Part shown: positions 1 to 12,500 of the stretch, one piece after another | Position numbering within the stretch: position 1 is the first letter of the stretch | How the letters are laid out: every line of letters starts with the position of its first letter | Assembly: GCF_011386835.1 (NCBI RefSeq) | Contig: NC_088793.1 | Span: forward strand, 71,114,001-71,178,000 | Length of the DNA: 64,000 bases | Reading direction: 5' to 3' | Source of the DNA: Chrysemys picta bellii | Lineage: Eukaryota | Made by a program: the position numbers and the translations under genes | The notes under the pieces: model-generated | Databases searched by the model: none | What the model was told of the DNA's origin: nothing | Seen by the model: only the letters and a program-made list of their open reading frames with translations

Positions 1-497
1 GTTGCTGCTTTGGTTTTTAAGTGTAACAGGAATTTACTTTTAAAGTGTAGACAGGAGTGGAATTGGATTATTTTCATTAATTGGTTTAGGAATACACTTG
101 GTAGACCTATTATCTTTACGCAGTATAAACTGAGCTGGCTGCATAGGAAAGTTTTTTCCTATGACGATTATTTAGCAATACTAAATAATATAGAGATTAA
201 TATAATTTTGTCATGCTTAAGAACACTTCTAATTGTGTATGAAGTTGTCCTTTATTTATATTTTATTTTGCCAGACTACAGAGCTAAATTCTGTAACCTG
301 GCATTAAAAATCTACCTGGATCTACTTTGCTTGTTGTTGGATCTCATTAAAGAATGAGTACCAAATTCGAACCCATTGTGAGTGATCCTTAAAGATGCTT
401 TTAGTTTATGATATTGTTTTAAAATTATTGGTTAATCTAACTGTTCTGCTTTTTTATTGTACACACGCAGATGGGGAAGCTGTAGGGAATTAGTATA

Positions 498-546
498 ATG
501 GCAACAGATGATGATGGACTGACATTATGTGATATTCCTTGTGATG
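498..546 (+). CDS. CASP8AP2: CASP8AP2 first coding exon (exon starts 471; ATG 498): [16 protein letters not shown]
   Basis: Acceptor acacacgcag|471, donor G|gtaaga at 547; N-terminus resembles mammalian MAADDD. Confidence 0.8.
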
Positions 547-3500
547 GTAAGACCTTTATTAAATAGGTTGTTAATTTTTTACTTTGCAACATGAAGACAA
601 ATCCTCCACACCATATGTATAGTAATACTATGATGAGTGAAAAGAATAGAATGTGTCTTTAAAAATCAGTTTAATCTAATCTGGTACTGCAAGTACTAAA
701 ATGACATAATCATATGGTTAATGCATGGTGTCAGTACGGGCCAGAGTTAAGGTTGTGTGGGTATCTTAATGTGTGTAGAGGGTTTTGTAATGCAGGATTT
801 TGAGATAACTACAACATCCCAGTAGTGTCTCTTACCTTTAAGTTGCTACCCTCAACGTGAACTCCATTTTAATACAGTTTTTTATGTGGGAATATTATAG
901 GAGGTGTACTAGTTTGTGTCTGCTGTATATGCATGAGTACATTTACTTTCACAAGCAGTCAAGATACTGTAAACATTATTTTCCCAACCAAGAGAAAATC
1001 AAAACAAGGCACACAAGACCAGATCATAAATTTCAGATGCCCTGTGCATACCAATATCTTCAGTAGTAATAACTGTTTGTTGCATAATTGGAGGGGTTCA
1101 AAGAACACCAGTGAGAATGAGTAGAGGCATGAGAAGTCTGATATGAAAAGCTATTGAAAAGACTTGGATTGTTAACCTGAAAAATAAGACCAATAAAAGA
1201 TGTTATTCAGAATTTCTTGTGAACTGGGGGATTTGGAAATTTTTTCTTTTGGAAACACTGAAACATGGTGTTTCTAAAATGAAATATGCTCCTTGATACC
1301 CAGCAGCAGCTGAGTGAAATAAACATGATTCATATCAGTTTCATTGCTGCCCATCATTGAATAGCTGCAGTGAAACAGCTGTTGACACAATTCACATCAG
1401 CCAGAGATCCAGGGGTCTGCACTTGTGGGGCAGCCCTGCCATGCAGATTGCCCCGAGGCTGAGATCTCAGGGCTTCCAAACTTCTAGGCCAGCTGGCTGA
1501 CTCCCACAGCTTGGGGAGCTAGCTGCTTCAAGAGTCTGGCTCAGCCCAGGGAGCCAACTAGCCAAGGACTCTGGTTCAGCAGCAGGGAGCCTGACCGCTC
1601 CGGATTCATTTGGGGCTTTCAGAATCTCTGCTGCAGTGCTAGGAGCTTAAATGCTGAGAACCAAGTCTGCCAGGCTCCCAGCTGCGTGGCAGGGAACCTG
1701 AAAGCTATGGCTCCCAGTGCTTCCTGGCTTCTAGCTCAAGCCAGAGTTTTCAGGGCTTCTAGGCTCCTTGCTGCAGAACCAGGGCTTCCAGGCTCCCAGC
1801 TCTGCTGTAGGAAATCTGGAAGACCTGCAGTCTCTGGCCCAAAGCAGTCCACATGATGGGGCTCCCCTGAAGCCTGCCAAGGGAGCTGGTAGGGACCTCT
1901 GCAAGTTCTTCAAAGCAGGCTTGCTTTCATGGGAAATTTCAGTCTTGATGAACCAGCATTTTCCAGGTTTCAGAGTGGTAGCTGTGTTAGTCTGTATCAG
2001 AAAAAATAACGAGGAGTCCTTGTGGCACCTCAGAGACTAACGAATTTATTTGGGCATAAGCTTGTGGGTCTGATGAAGTGGGTTCTAGCACATGAAAGCT
2101 TATGCCCAAATAAATTTGTTAGTCTCTAAGGTGCCATAAGGACTCCTCGCAGCTTTTTCCAACGAGCTCTAGTTATATTATTAAAATGTTAGTAAACTTT
2201 AATCATATGAATAAGCTATTTGAATTGAAACACAGATTACATAAACAGATTGCTATATTAAATTTTTTATCAATGTACTATGAGGAGATTTAAATATAGC
2301 AGTAGTTTTCCGTCATTTGGTGTTATGATGCTTTTATCTAATTTCCAGAGTGGCCCAAGCTTTGGGTGTGAAGTGCCATTGGACTAGGGTTTCAAATTTC
2401 AATACGGCTGACTTACTGCTTACAAATTTATTTATGTGTAGGTCTTCTGTCTAAGACTTTGGGAACCACGGGTCTGTCTTTTTCTCATTGACACTAAAGA
2501 GTTGTTTTTTCATAGGAGTGGAAACTTGCCTTAGTGTCGTTGGCCAAAATGTCCCTGTCTCCCACCAATGTGTAGCAGTACAATGCTTACTTACGAAGTA
2601 GTTGGCAATGATAGGTGCTATACAAATGTAAAATATTGTTCATTAATACATTAGTGTTAATTGTAGTTCTGAGAAATGCACACTTGCATAGAAGAGTAAA
2701 GCTTAAAAGTTACTAAAAGTTTAAACATTTTGCTTTTGATCTTGCAGCTTCCTCTTTTAGGGATGATGATGAGAGCTCAGTGGATATTTACGATGGGTTA
2801 GACAGCACTTCGGTTGTTTCAGGTATGTAGATAGTAAACTGCTGCATTGTCTTATTCAGTTTGATCTACTGTGTGAGGATTCTTGATGCTACGCACAAAT
2901 AAAGTGTCACCTGCCTGATTGGATGCATTTTGTTAATAATATCTATTTGTATTATGGTAGCATCTACGAATTTCAGTCAAGGATTAGGGCCCCATTGTGG
3001 TAGGCTCATAACAAATAACAAAGAAGACAATCCCTGTCACAGAGATCTTGAAGTCTAGGTGACTGATGAACAAAACATATAGATAGGATGAGGGAGAGTG
3101 TTTGTCTGTGGTCTATGCTTCTGCATTACAGTGGAGCTAAAGCAAGTGAGTCAAGACTTGGAAAGGGACATAAAGCAACAAAGAGGAAAGTTTGGCAGTT
3201 ATATTCTAAATGCCCTTCATTGTGGAACATTCTTGGTTACTGGGTTGAGTGCTGAGACTGCCCCTTCTCTTTCTGAATGACCTGGCTGCTACCTGTATAT
3301 GTAACTCACAGGAGTCAGAGGCTGGGCTTTCTTGGTAGCTGGCCTCTGCTTCAGGAATCTTCTCCCACTGGAAATGTTTCTAAGACTGAACCCGGCCAGA
3401 TGCAGAATGCATTGCAAGACACACTTTGTTCTGGCTATCCATTAATTACTGACTTTAAAATCCTGGAAATTTGGCCTACCATCTAGATTTACCCCTTCTC

Positions 3501-6500
3501 GGCACACTTAAATTAAAGGACTTGCTATGCATTTGCTCTCTGTTTTAATTGTTAACCAGTTAGTATTAACCAATCATGTAAAATGCACTCACATTCAGTG
3601 AGGGTAGCTGTCCTATGAATCAGTAACAAGAATAAAAAATTTTAAGCAAAATATTTGCAAGTAGACTTTAAAACTAAATTTCATTCACTTTTACATTAGA
3701 ATGCAAATTAGGCCCTTAAATTTTCAAATAAAATAAAAGTAGCACAAATATTAAAGTGGGGGAGGGGGTGAGAGGAGAGAATCTTTTTACTGTTGTGACT
3801 TTTTCATTGAAGAATATGAGCCGTCTTGTTTAAAAGGCTTCTCCTCTGTGACAGAAGGCTGCTCACTGCATAACAAACTACTTTGATCATATTTTTTTCC
3901 TTTACTTAATGAGTAATTCTTATTTCAGACAATCCTGCTCAAAACTCTACACCCACAAGAAACTGTTTAAACTTATTTGATGAGATCCTGATTGAAGAAG
4001 GAACTGCAAAGGAAGCAACTTACAATGATGTGTGTATTAATATGATTACAGCTAATAGAAAAAATTGTCATATGCTAGCAGACTGCAAAAATTGTTTTAA
4101 AACAACACTGGTGGTCAAATCGTAGAAGAAAAAAAGAAAACTTTAATATAACAAAACTATGTACTAAACAATTTTATCTTAATTTCAAAGGTTATGTAAG
4201 AGAATTGGGCTCGTGTTTTAATTATGGCTCTATCTATTCTCATGTTAATGCAGGGGTAGGCAACCTATGGCACGCGTGCCAAAGGCAGCGCGTGAGCTGA
4301 TTTTCATTGGCTCTCACACTGCCCGGGTCCTGGCCACCAGTCCAGGGGTGGGGCTCTGCATTTTAATTTAATTTTAAATGAAGCTTCTTAAACATTTTAA
4401 AAACCTTATTTACTTTACATACAATAGTTTAGTTATATATTAAAGACTTATATAAAGAGACCTTGTTAAAATGTATTACTGGCCCGCAAAACTTTAAATT
4501 AGAGTGAATAAATGAAGACTCGGCACACCACTTCTGAAAGGTTGCTGACTCCTGTGTTAATGCATGAAGTGTCATGATGAGATTATACCCTTTGACATTT
4601 CAGTCTTCCTCCCAATTATATTATGAAAAAACTCTTGCACTGATTATGGAGAAACGGTCAGTATACTTAAGGGTGTGATTAGACTTATCAGGAAAGTAAT
4701 CTTGAAACTGCAAAACTTAAACTACTTTACCTTAAACCTCTTAATTGTAGTTCCTGAATAAAAAGAAAATAAATGTTTTGAAAATTTGGAGGCAGTTGGC
4801 TAAATTGTGATATAAGTATGACTGTTTGGAAAACTGCATATTCATTTTTATAAAAGTTTCCTAACTTCTGGATGATTCAAAAAGTATCTTAAATTAGAAA
4901 CTCTAAAACTTTGTTTATTCTTTTGACCTCAACAAGAACTTGTTCCTTGACTGTTTTTGGAAAGTTTGGGTTTTGGCATTTTTCATTATATTTATTTTAA
5001 ACTGAATCCTCTGCATTACATAAAGTCCACAGGGTCCCTGATGGGGACTCGTACTTTACAAAACCAGAGAAAGCTACAGGACTTGCTCTGCCCATAGAGC
5101 TCTTAAAGGTTGTAAGAGAAGGAATGCATGCAGAACTGCTGCTTAGCACAGCTTTTAAACTCATCAGAAGTTCCACTTCTGCAGAAGCTTGTTTTGTGAC
5201 TCCAGATAAACTCATCTTCATCTAGTGGCTTGGCTCCCTGTAACTCCCTAGCTTACTACCATTGTACATATATGCACATGTAAGTTTACTCTGCTCATGT
5301 GAAATTCAGTGAGCTTTTTCATAACTTTTTTAACATCCAAACTGGGGAAGTTATTTTATGTACTCACATGAACAGGCTAACATGATTTTTTTTTTTTTTA
5401 ATCTGACAGCTTTTTAGACAAGTTAATATTTTAAAATGAGAATGGTTTTGGGAAGAAATGTTATTTTATAAGCTACGTCCTTAACTACAGAACAATTTCC
5501 AGATACAAATCTTAGAACCATTAACTTAACCAACTTTTGCATAGTCAACCTCTATAAAGTGAAAACACCTTTATTTTACAGTTGAAGGAAGAGTATGGAA
5601 AATGTCAGCAGCAGATTAAAGAGTTGATGAAGAAGTTTAAGGAAGTACAGGCACAGGTACTGTGTGCTAAAGGGTATCTTTAAAACTTATCAATGAGAAT
5701 TCAGTTTGCTTTAAATACACTAATATGGCATCCGATGTATATTGCTTTGAAAGAATAACACAGCTATGACGAAATGGGTATTCACCCACGAAAGCTTATG
5801 CTCCAATACGTCTGTTAGTCTATAAGGTGCCACAGGACTCTTTGTTGCTTTTTACAGCTAATTAAATATCGTACCTTTCTGGTAGGTATCTACTGCAATA
5901 ACTTTGCCAGGAATCTTTAAAGCAAAAGACAGTCACTTGTGCCTTTAGTAGATTACTAGATAAATAAACTTGTGTTTCTAAAAATTACATACAAAATGTA
6001 AGCTAGCCTGTTAGGAACCCTAACTCTATACTTTAAAAAAAAAAAAAAGAGCGAGAGAGAGCTGGCTGGCTGCTTCTGGAATGATGTCCAATTCTTTTGT
6101 TGATAATGTCTATTTAATGTTTAGTGTCAGGGTCTCCGCAGCCATTCAGAGTAGTTAATCCTGAAGATTAGGGAGTTGAAAGCAAAAAATGAAGACCTGA
6201 TGCTGAACACCTCAACTCCCACTGATGGCCGTGAGAGCTGAAGATGCTCAATGCCTCAGAATTTGTTCCTATATAATTTTATTTTGTCATGCTTTGGTGA
6301 GAACAATCTGATGCCCACTATCAATTCCAGTAGGCCCGGTGTAGACTAATGTTGCCAGGAGAGAATTACGGTCACTGCCCTGTAGAGCTTACAAGCTAAA
6401 TTGTACACTTGACACAATGACAGTGAGAGCAACAAATAGTAGAGGGCCTGGAGCAAGGCAGGATGTGGATTAAATCAGTGCAATTCTATGGGCATGCCGT

Positions 6501-9500
6501 ATAAAACATGGTTACATCTTGGTGATTATATTTTTTAATATATCAAAAACACAAGGAACATAAGTAAGAGTGAAGACTTTTGACTCATGTAGAGACCATT
6601 CATTCGCTGCCTTTTACATCACTGTTGCAATACATTTTGTAGTCCGTTTTAATAGGAATGTCTGTTTTTCTAATTGCTATCATATGTGTCTAATGATGTT
6701 TTTATGCATGTATGAGGGTAAATATTTCAGGCTAATTCTCCATGCATTTTTTTTAAATAGAACTCCATTCTACAAAATGAAAATCAGGCACTTAAAAAGA
6801 ATATTTCAGCACTTATCAAAACTGCTAGAGTGGAAATTAATCGCAAAGATGAGGAAATCAGTAACCTCCACCAAAGGTACAAGTAGACAAGTCTAATTTA
6901 TTATTTACTTTTTGTTTGAACATAGGTTTATAGCCTTCTATTAAAAACTTTTTATGCATGAAAAATCACTGTTTAGTAAATGGGTTGTCTACTGCTAATC
7001 TTAGTACATTTTTTTTCTTTTTCTTTTTTGTCAGAAGTGCTGATCTGAACTCTCTGGATTCTACCCAGGGATCATTGACAATTTCTAACAGACTGACCAT
7101 ATGCTTAACCTTATCTTTGCTTCAAGTTTGAACTGGGGAGTTTAATCATCCCATTGTATGTGCGTTTCAGTGTAGACAAGTGATCTCCAACCTTTTTACG
7201 CATAAGATCACTTTTTGAATTAAGATCAACCCAGGATCTACCCTTCCCTGAGGCCCTGTCCCGCTAATTCCATTTCCCCCCTCCCTCCGTCGCTCGCTCT
7301 CCCCCACCCTCACTCATTTTAACCAGGCTGGGGCAGGGGGTGGGGGTGCAGGCTTTGGGCTGGGGCCAAGGGGTTCAGAGTGTGGGAGGGGGCTCCGGGC
7401 ACAGCCTGGGGTAGGGGATTGGGGTGCAAGCTCTGGGAAGGCGTTTGGGTGCAGGGGTCATACAGTCACATTATACCTAATCTCATAGAATCCACTGGAC
7501 ATTTCATGAATTTTACTTTTTATTAGTGTCATTGGTGGTTTATAGATCCAAAATCCTTCAGGGATTGTCACAAATCAGTATAACATTCTCAACTGTGGGG
7601 TGTGCATTGGCTGAGCCTGGGGTAGGGGGTTGGGGTGCAGGAGTGAGGGGTGCAAGCTCTGGGAGAGAGTTTGGGTTCAGGAGGGGGCTCCAGGTTGGTG
7701 CAGAGTGTTGGGGGTGCAGGAGAGGATGAGGGGTGTGGTCTCTGGGAGGGAGTTTGGTGCAGGAGGGTGCCCTGGGCTGGGGCAGGAGGATTGGGGTGCA
7801 GGATGGGGTGCAAAGTGTAGGCTCCGGCCGGGAGGTGCTTACTATAGGCAGCTCCCGGCCGACAGTGCAGTGGGGCTCAGGCAAGCTGCCTGCCTGTTGT
7901 GGCCCCACGCCACTCCCAAAAGTGGCTGGCTGATGGCATGTCTCTGCAACCCCTGGGGAGAGGGGGGCAGCAGGTCTCCACACGCTGCCCATGCCCGCAA
8001 GTGCCACCCCCGCAGCTCCCATTGACCAGTTACCTGTTGGGGAGCCCTGCTGCGCTGCCGGACTTTTAGCAGTCCGGAGATCGCAATCAACTGGCAGAGG
8101 CTCCAGGATCAACCAATCAATCATGATTGACCAGTTGGTGACCACTGATGTGAACTATCTCATCCATATTTCCACTTCAGGGCTAGTCTACTCTAGGGTC
8201 TCAGATGGATTAAACCCAATAAATATTTTTGGATACTTCTTGCTGGCCTTTCTAGCCAGATGTTGAAGAGCTCTACCTCCACTGTTAGTTGTGAGGGAGC
8301 TCTCTCTATTAGCAACTTGTCATACTCTCGCTGTCCTAGGCCAGGGAGTTCAAAGTACAAGCATGTAGACTAGAAAGGAGTTGGCTGGCTGGTTCTTGGA
8401 CTCTGAGGCTAAGGCACAGGACTGGGACTTTGGAGAGCTAGGTTAAATTCCCAGCTCTGTCACTCACTACCTCTGTGACCTCAGGCAAGTCCCTTAGTTT
8501 ATTTGTGCATCAGTTTATCCATCTGTAAAATGAAAAAAAAATCCCTATCTTATTAAAGGGTATTGTGAGACTAAAACCATTATTTGTGAGATAATCAGAT
8601 GTTGCAGTGCTGGAGGTCATTAATACCTAAATTGTATGAAGTTCTTTTTGAGATGATTATCAGAAGTGCTGTGACTGAGGTCAAAAAATGTAAATTTGTC
8701 CTTATTCGTAGTTGTCATAAGGTACTGTCCACATGAATGTATTTGAATAGTGTATAGTCTGATAAACACACATTGCCTTGTCCTGTTAGTTCTTTCAACT
8801 GATGGCTGTGACAAGTTAGCTGTTTTTTTTCCCACAACCTTGAATTTAGTATTCTAGATCTCAAAGCTATTGTTTTCTTTCAAAATCTTAATTTATTTTG
8901 AAAAACATTTTCAAACTATACTTCTATAAGTCCCCAAAAGATGAGACAATTATTAGCTACTTCAGAGGTGTCCATCATGCACTATAGGCTACTAGTCAAG
9001 TCATAACACACTGTCATCCCCATTTATCTGTCATTCCTTTAGAACATATTGTAGGAAATTCCTGGTCAAGGGCTGATTTAGTCAGCATAATGGACATTCT
9101 TATGGCAATTCCTGACAGACAAATTTTGGGCACATATTTCATGATAGACTTCATCATCATCGTGACTGAAATCTTTCTTTCTTTATAAGGAGAAGATGTC
9201 TTGTTGTTTGAGGCTTTGCAAAAACTACAAAGTGTTATATGCTTAGATACCATGGTGATGGTACAGTACAAGAACCTGAATAAAATACAATATACTGGAA
9301 CTCAAACAATGAAACAGAGTCTTAACCCTTATGTCCAAAAACTTATCTATAGCAATGGTAAATTTGTGAAAAAGTAAACTTCTCTGGGTCTTAAGAGACA
9401 AATCTGTAGAAAAATCAGACCCATGTATTTCAGTTTTGATGCTTTAATTCCACACAGTGGCCTACTGATAAAGAAGAATTGGTACATTGTGACAATATAC

Positions 9501-12500
9501 AGATTGTTAATCTTAAACCACTTTACATAGCTGTTGAGTGAGAGGGAAATAAAGTGGTTATTTAAAAAATTACTTAGATACCATCAAGTTCACAACAAAT
9601 GTAAGTACCCATATGCTTTTAGCTGTCAGGCTACATGTCTTTCAGAGTCTGTTGCTCTTGATGAAAATACTGTTCTCCTTGTATTGTTGCACTATGATGC
9701 CAGAACATAGGTTTTCTACAATTAGCATAATCAAAACAAGCTTATACAGGTATTCAGCAAACCCACAGGATTCGATGCAGATGTTGGTGAGTGGTCCCAG
9801 TGTAAATACTTTCTAGCCATATCAGGCTACTCTCTATTAGTGTAAAAGGGGACCAGGATTAAAACATCTTGGTGGACACAGTCACAGTGAACACTTAACG
9901 GTAGAAAGCTGAACTGGTAAAGGTGAGCTATTCTGTCTAATCAGATCTAGATTTCAAACCCAATTAACATAATACCTAAATAATACTAATGATTAGCATT
10001 TTTACTTACTTTGAAATGAGTTATTACATAATCTCCAATGTGACTTAGTCTCAGTCTAATAAGGACAGTGGTTTTTTTAGTGTATATTAAATTGAGGGCA
10101 AAATTAAACATTAGCACTAAATGAAAATCAGGCATACTAAAAAAGGAATAAAAATGACAAAAGTTCAAAACAAGCAGAGTGCAGAAAAATGGCTTTAGGC
10201 AATCACAGCAGCAACAATATTTTATTGACTGGAAAGCATAAGACCAAAAATAGGGACAACCACATTTTTTTCATCCATAGGCAAATTTCATATTTGGCTG
10301 CTAACTGGTCAGCAAATAACATTTCTCTGCTTGGCACCGACATGTGATTGTCTCTTTTGCCCTGAAGTTCCTTACAGGTTTGTTCTTAGCTTTGAAGGTA
10401 CACTTGGATTCAGTTTAGAAGTAGGTATCTCATCCCTGACTCTAAAAACAACTACAAGCATAACTTCTATATGTTATCACTATGCTCTTACTTTGTTTCC
10501 TGGATTATGGACTGGAATTCGTTTAGAGTTAGTCACGAGAGTGTAAGAAACATGGCGTTGTTTTTAACCAGTCCCTTTATGTGGAGTGCCATATGCTGGA
10601 CCTGGCACAAAAGTGAGTCTTTTCTGTTCTAGCTAGGTAGTTTTTACATGCCCCTCACTATCTGCATAGGCTGCGCTTTTTCTCCCCCCCTCCCCCCCCC
10701 CCCCCATTTGATGACCTTGCAGCAGTTGCACATGGCCTTGATGAGGCTTGATTATCGTAATTTACTTGTTTTCTATTGCGTGCAGCAAGTTCAACACAAT
10801 AGTTTATTTGCTTATTGGTTTGATCATATTACACCTATTCTGACTGTCTACATACTGGAAGGTTTGCTGTCTGAGTTAGTGTGGTTGATTTTTATGATTT
10901 TATATTTGAGACCACCTCTGAGTCTTGTGCTGATGGTTATTGCTTTTTCACTGCTTGGCAGTAATTTCAAATAATAAAACTGATATGTATAACATGCAAT
11001 TTTATCTTTCTTGCCCTGTGGTTCCTTATGCATTTGTTTTTGGGATATTTCACCACAAATCTTTTTTTTTTTTTTCAAATTAGTTGCTTTTTGAGACCAA
11101 GTGAATTGACTGTCCACTTTTAAATTTCCAGGCGTACTTTTAAAAATGTTTTTTTTAATGTCCTAGTTTTACCCAATTCTTCCTTCAAACTGAGAATTTA
11201 GAAAAATACGAAAAATATTCAGTGTAAATTGTGAAAGATCAAGCTAGGTAGAGCCTTAGGCTGCAATTCTTACTCTGTAGCAGAGATGGGCAAACTACAG
11301 TGTCCTGCCTGGCCCTTGAGCTCCCGGCCTGGGAGGCTAGCCCCCGTCTCCTCCCCTGCTGTCCTTCCTCCCCCGCAGCCTCAGTTCGCCATGCCGCCAG
11401 CACTGTGGGCGGCGGGGCTGAGCTCCTGCCAGGCAGAACTGCTGCAAGAGCTGCTGGCCTGACCCAGTGCTCTAGACTTCGTGGCGGCCATGGCTGGCTC
11501 CAGCCAGGCAGCGCAGCTGCCAGTCCTGGTGCTCTGAGCAGCGTGGTAAGGGAGCGGGTGGTCCCAGGGAGTGGTCAGAGGACAGGGAACGGGGCAGTTG
11601 GATAGACGTGGAAGTCCCGGGAGGCCTGTTGGGGTCGGGGTGGGGGTGTGGATAGCAGTAAGGGCAGTCAGGGGACAGGGAGCAGGGGGGTTTGGATGGG
11701 TTGGGGGTTCTGAGGGGGGCATTCAGGGGGCGGGAAGTGGGAGGGGGCGGGGGCCAGGCTCTTTGGGGAGGCACAGCCTTCCCTACCCAGCCCTCCATAC
11801 AGTTTCGGAACCCTGATGTGGCCCTCAGGCCAAAAGTTTGCCCACCCCTTCTTTATAGAATTTCACCTACAAAAGCTGCAAACTTGGAAATTTTAGGATA
11901 AATGCCTTGTATTGTAAGCTTTGCTGTCCTTTAGTCAGTTCTACTGAATAACAGTTTAAGAAAGAACCAAGGAGTTCGTAGAATTTTGGCTTTAGTTAAA
12001 TTATAACAAAAAACCTTAATATGATTCTTCTATCTGTTTACAAATAGGTTATCAGAATTTCCCAGTCATCGAAATAACTACGCTAGAACGTATCTTTCAG
12101 GATCAACTAATACAAGGTGCTCCGAGATAAATAAAACAAAAGATCCTAAATTCAGAGCTTCTTCTTTAGTAGACAATACAAAGACAGATCATAGACTGAA
12201 AACTGACTGTTCCAAAGATGTACATCACAGTTATTCATCTCATAATATGGAGGATGGAAAATCACACTCAGAAAGAAGAAACTCTCCATATTTACTCAGA
12301 TATCCTCCTGAAGAGCTTTGTAATGACAGTTCTCGTACCTGTTTCCAAAACTTTGACCACTACTCCAATAAGGGTAACAGGAGGGAAAGAGAAATGAAAA
12401 ATGGTGAGCAGTATAGCAAGGCTAATGACAACAGGTACAAAAGAGATACATACCAGAGCACTGGTAACAGTACAGATAGTGAACAGGGAATCACAGACTC

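Noticed and set aside
10-357. 115-aa ORF at the window start
   Set aside because: AT-rich intronic sequence with a non-ATG start and no homology.
7526-8266. Stack of Pro/Gly-rich ORFs (also at 11.3-11.9, 16.3-17.2, 30.1-30.5, 35.5-36.0 and 52.0-52.5 kb)
   Set aside because: All lie inside GC-rich non-autonomous transposons, where stop codons are rare; no transposase motifs.
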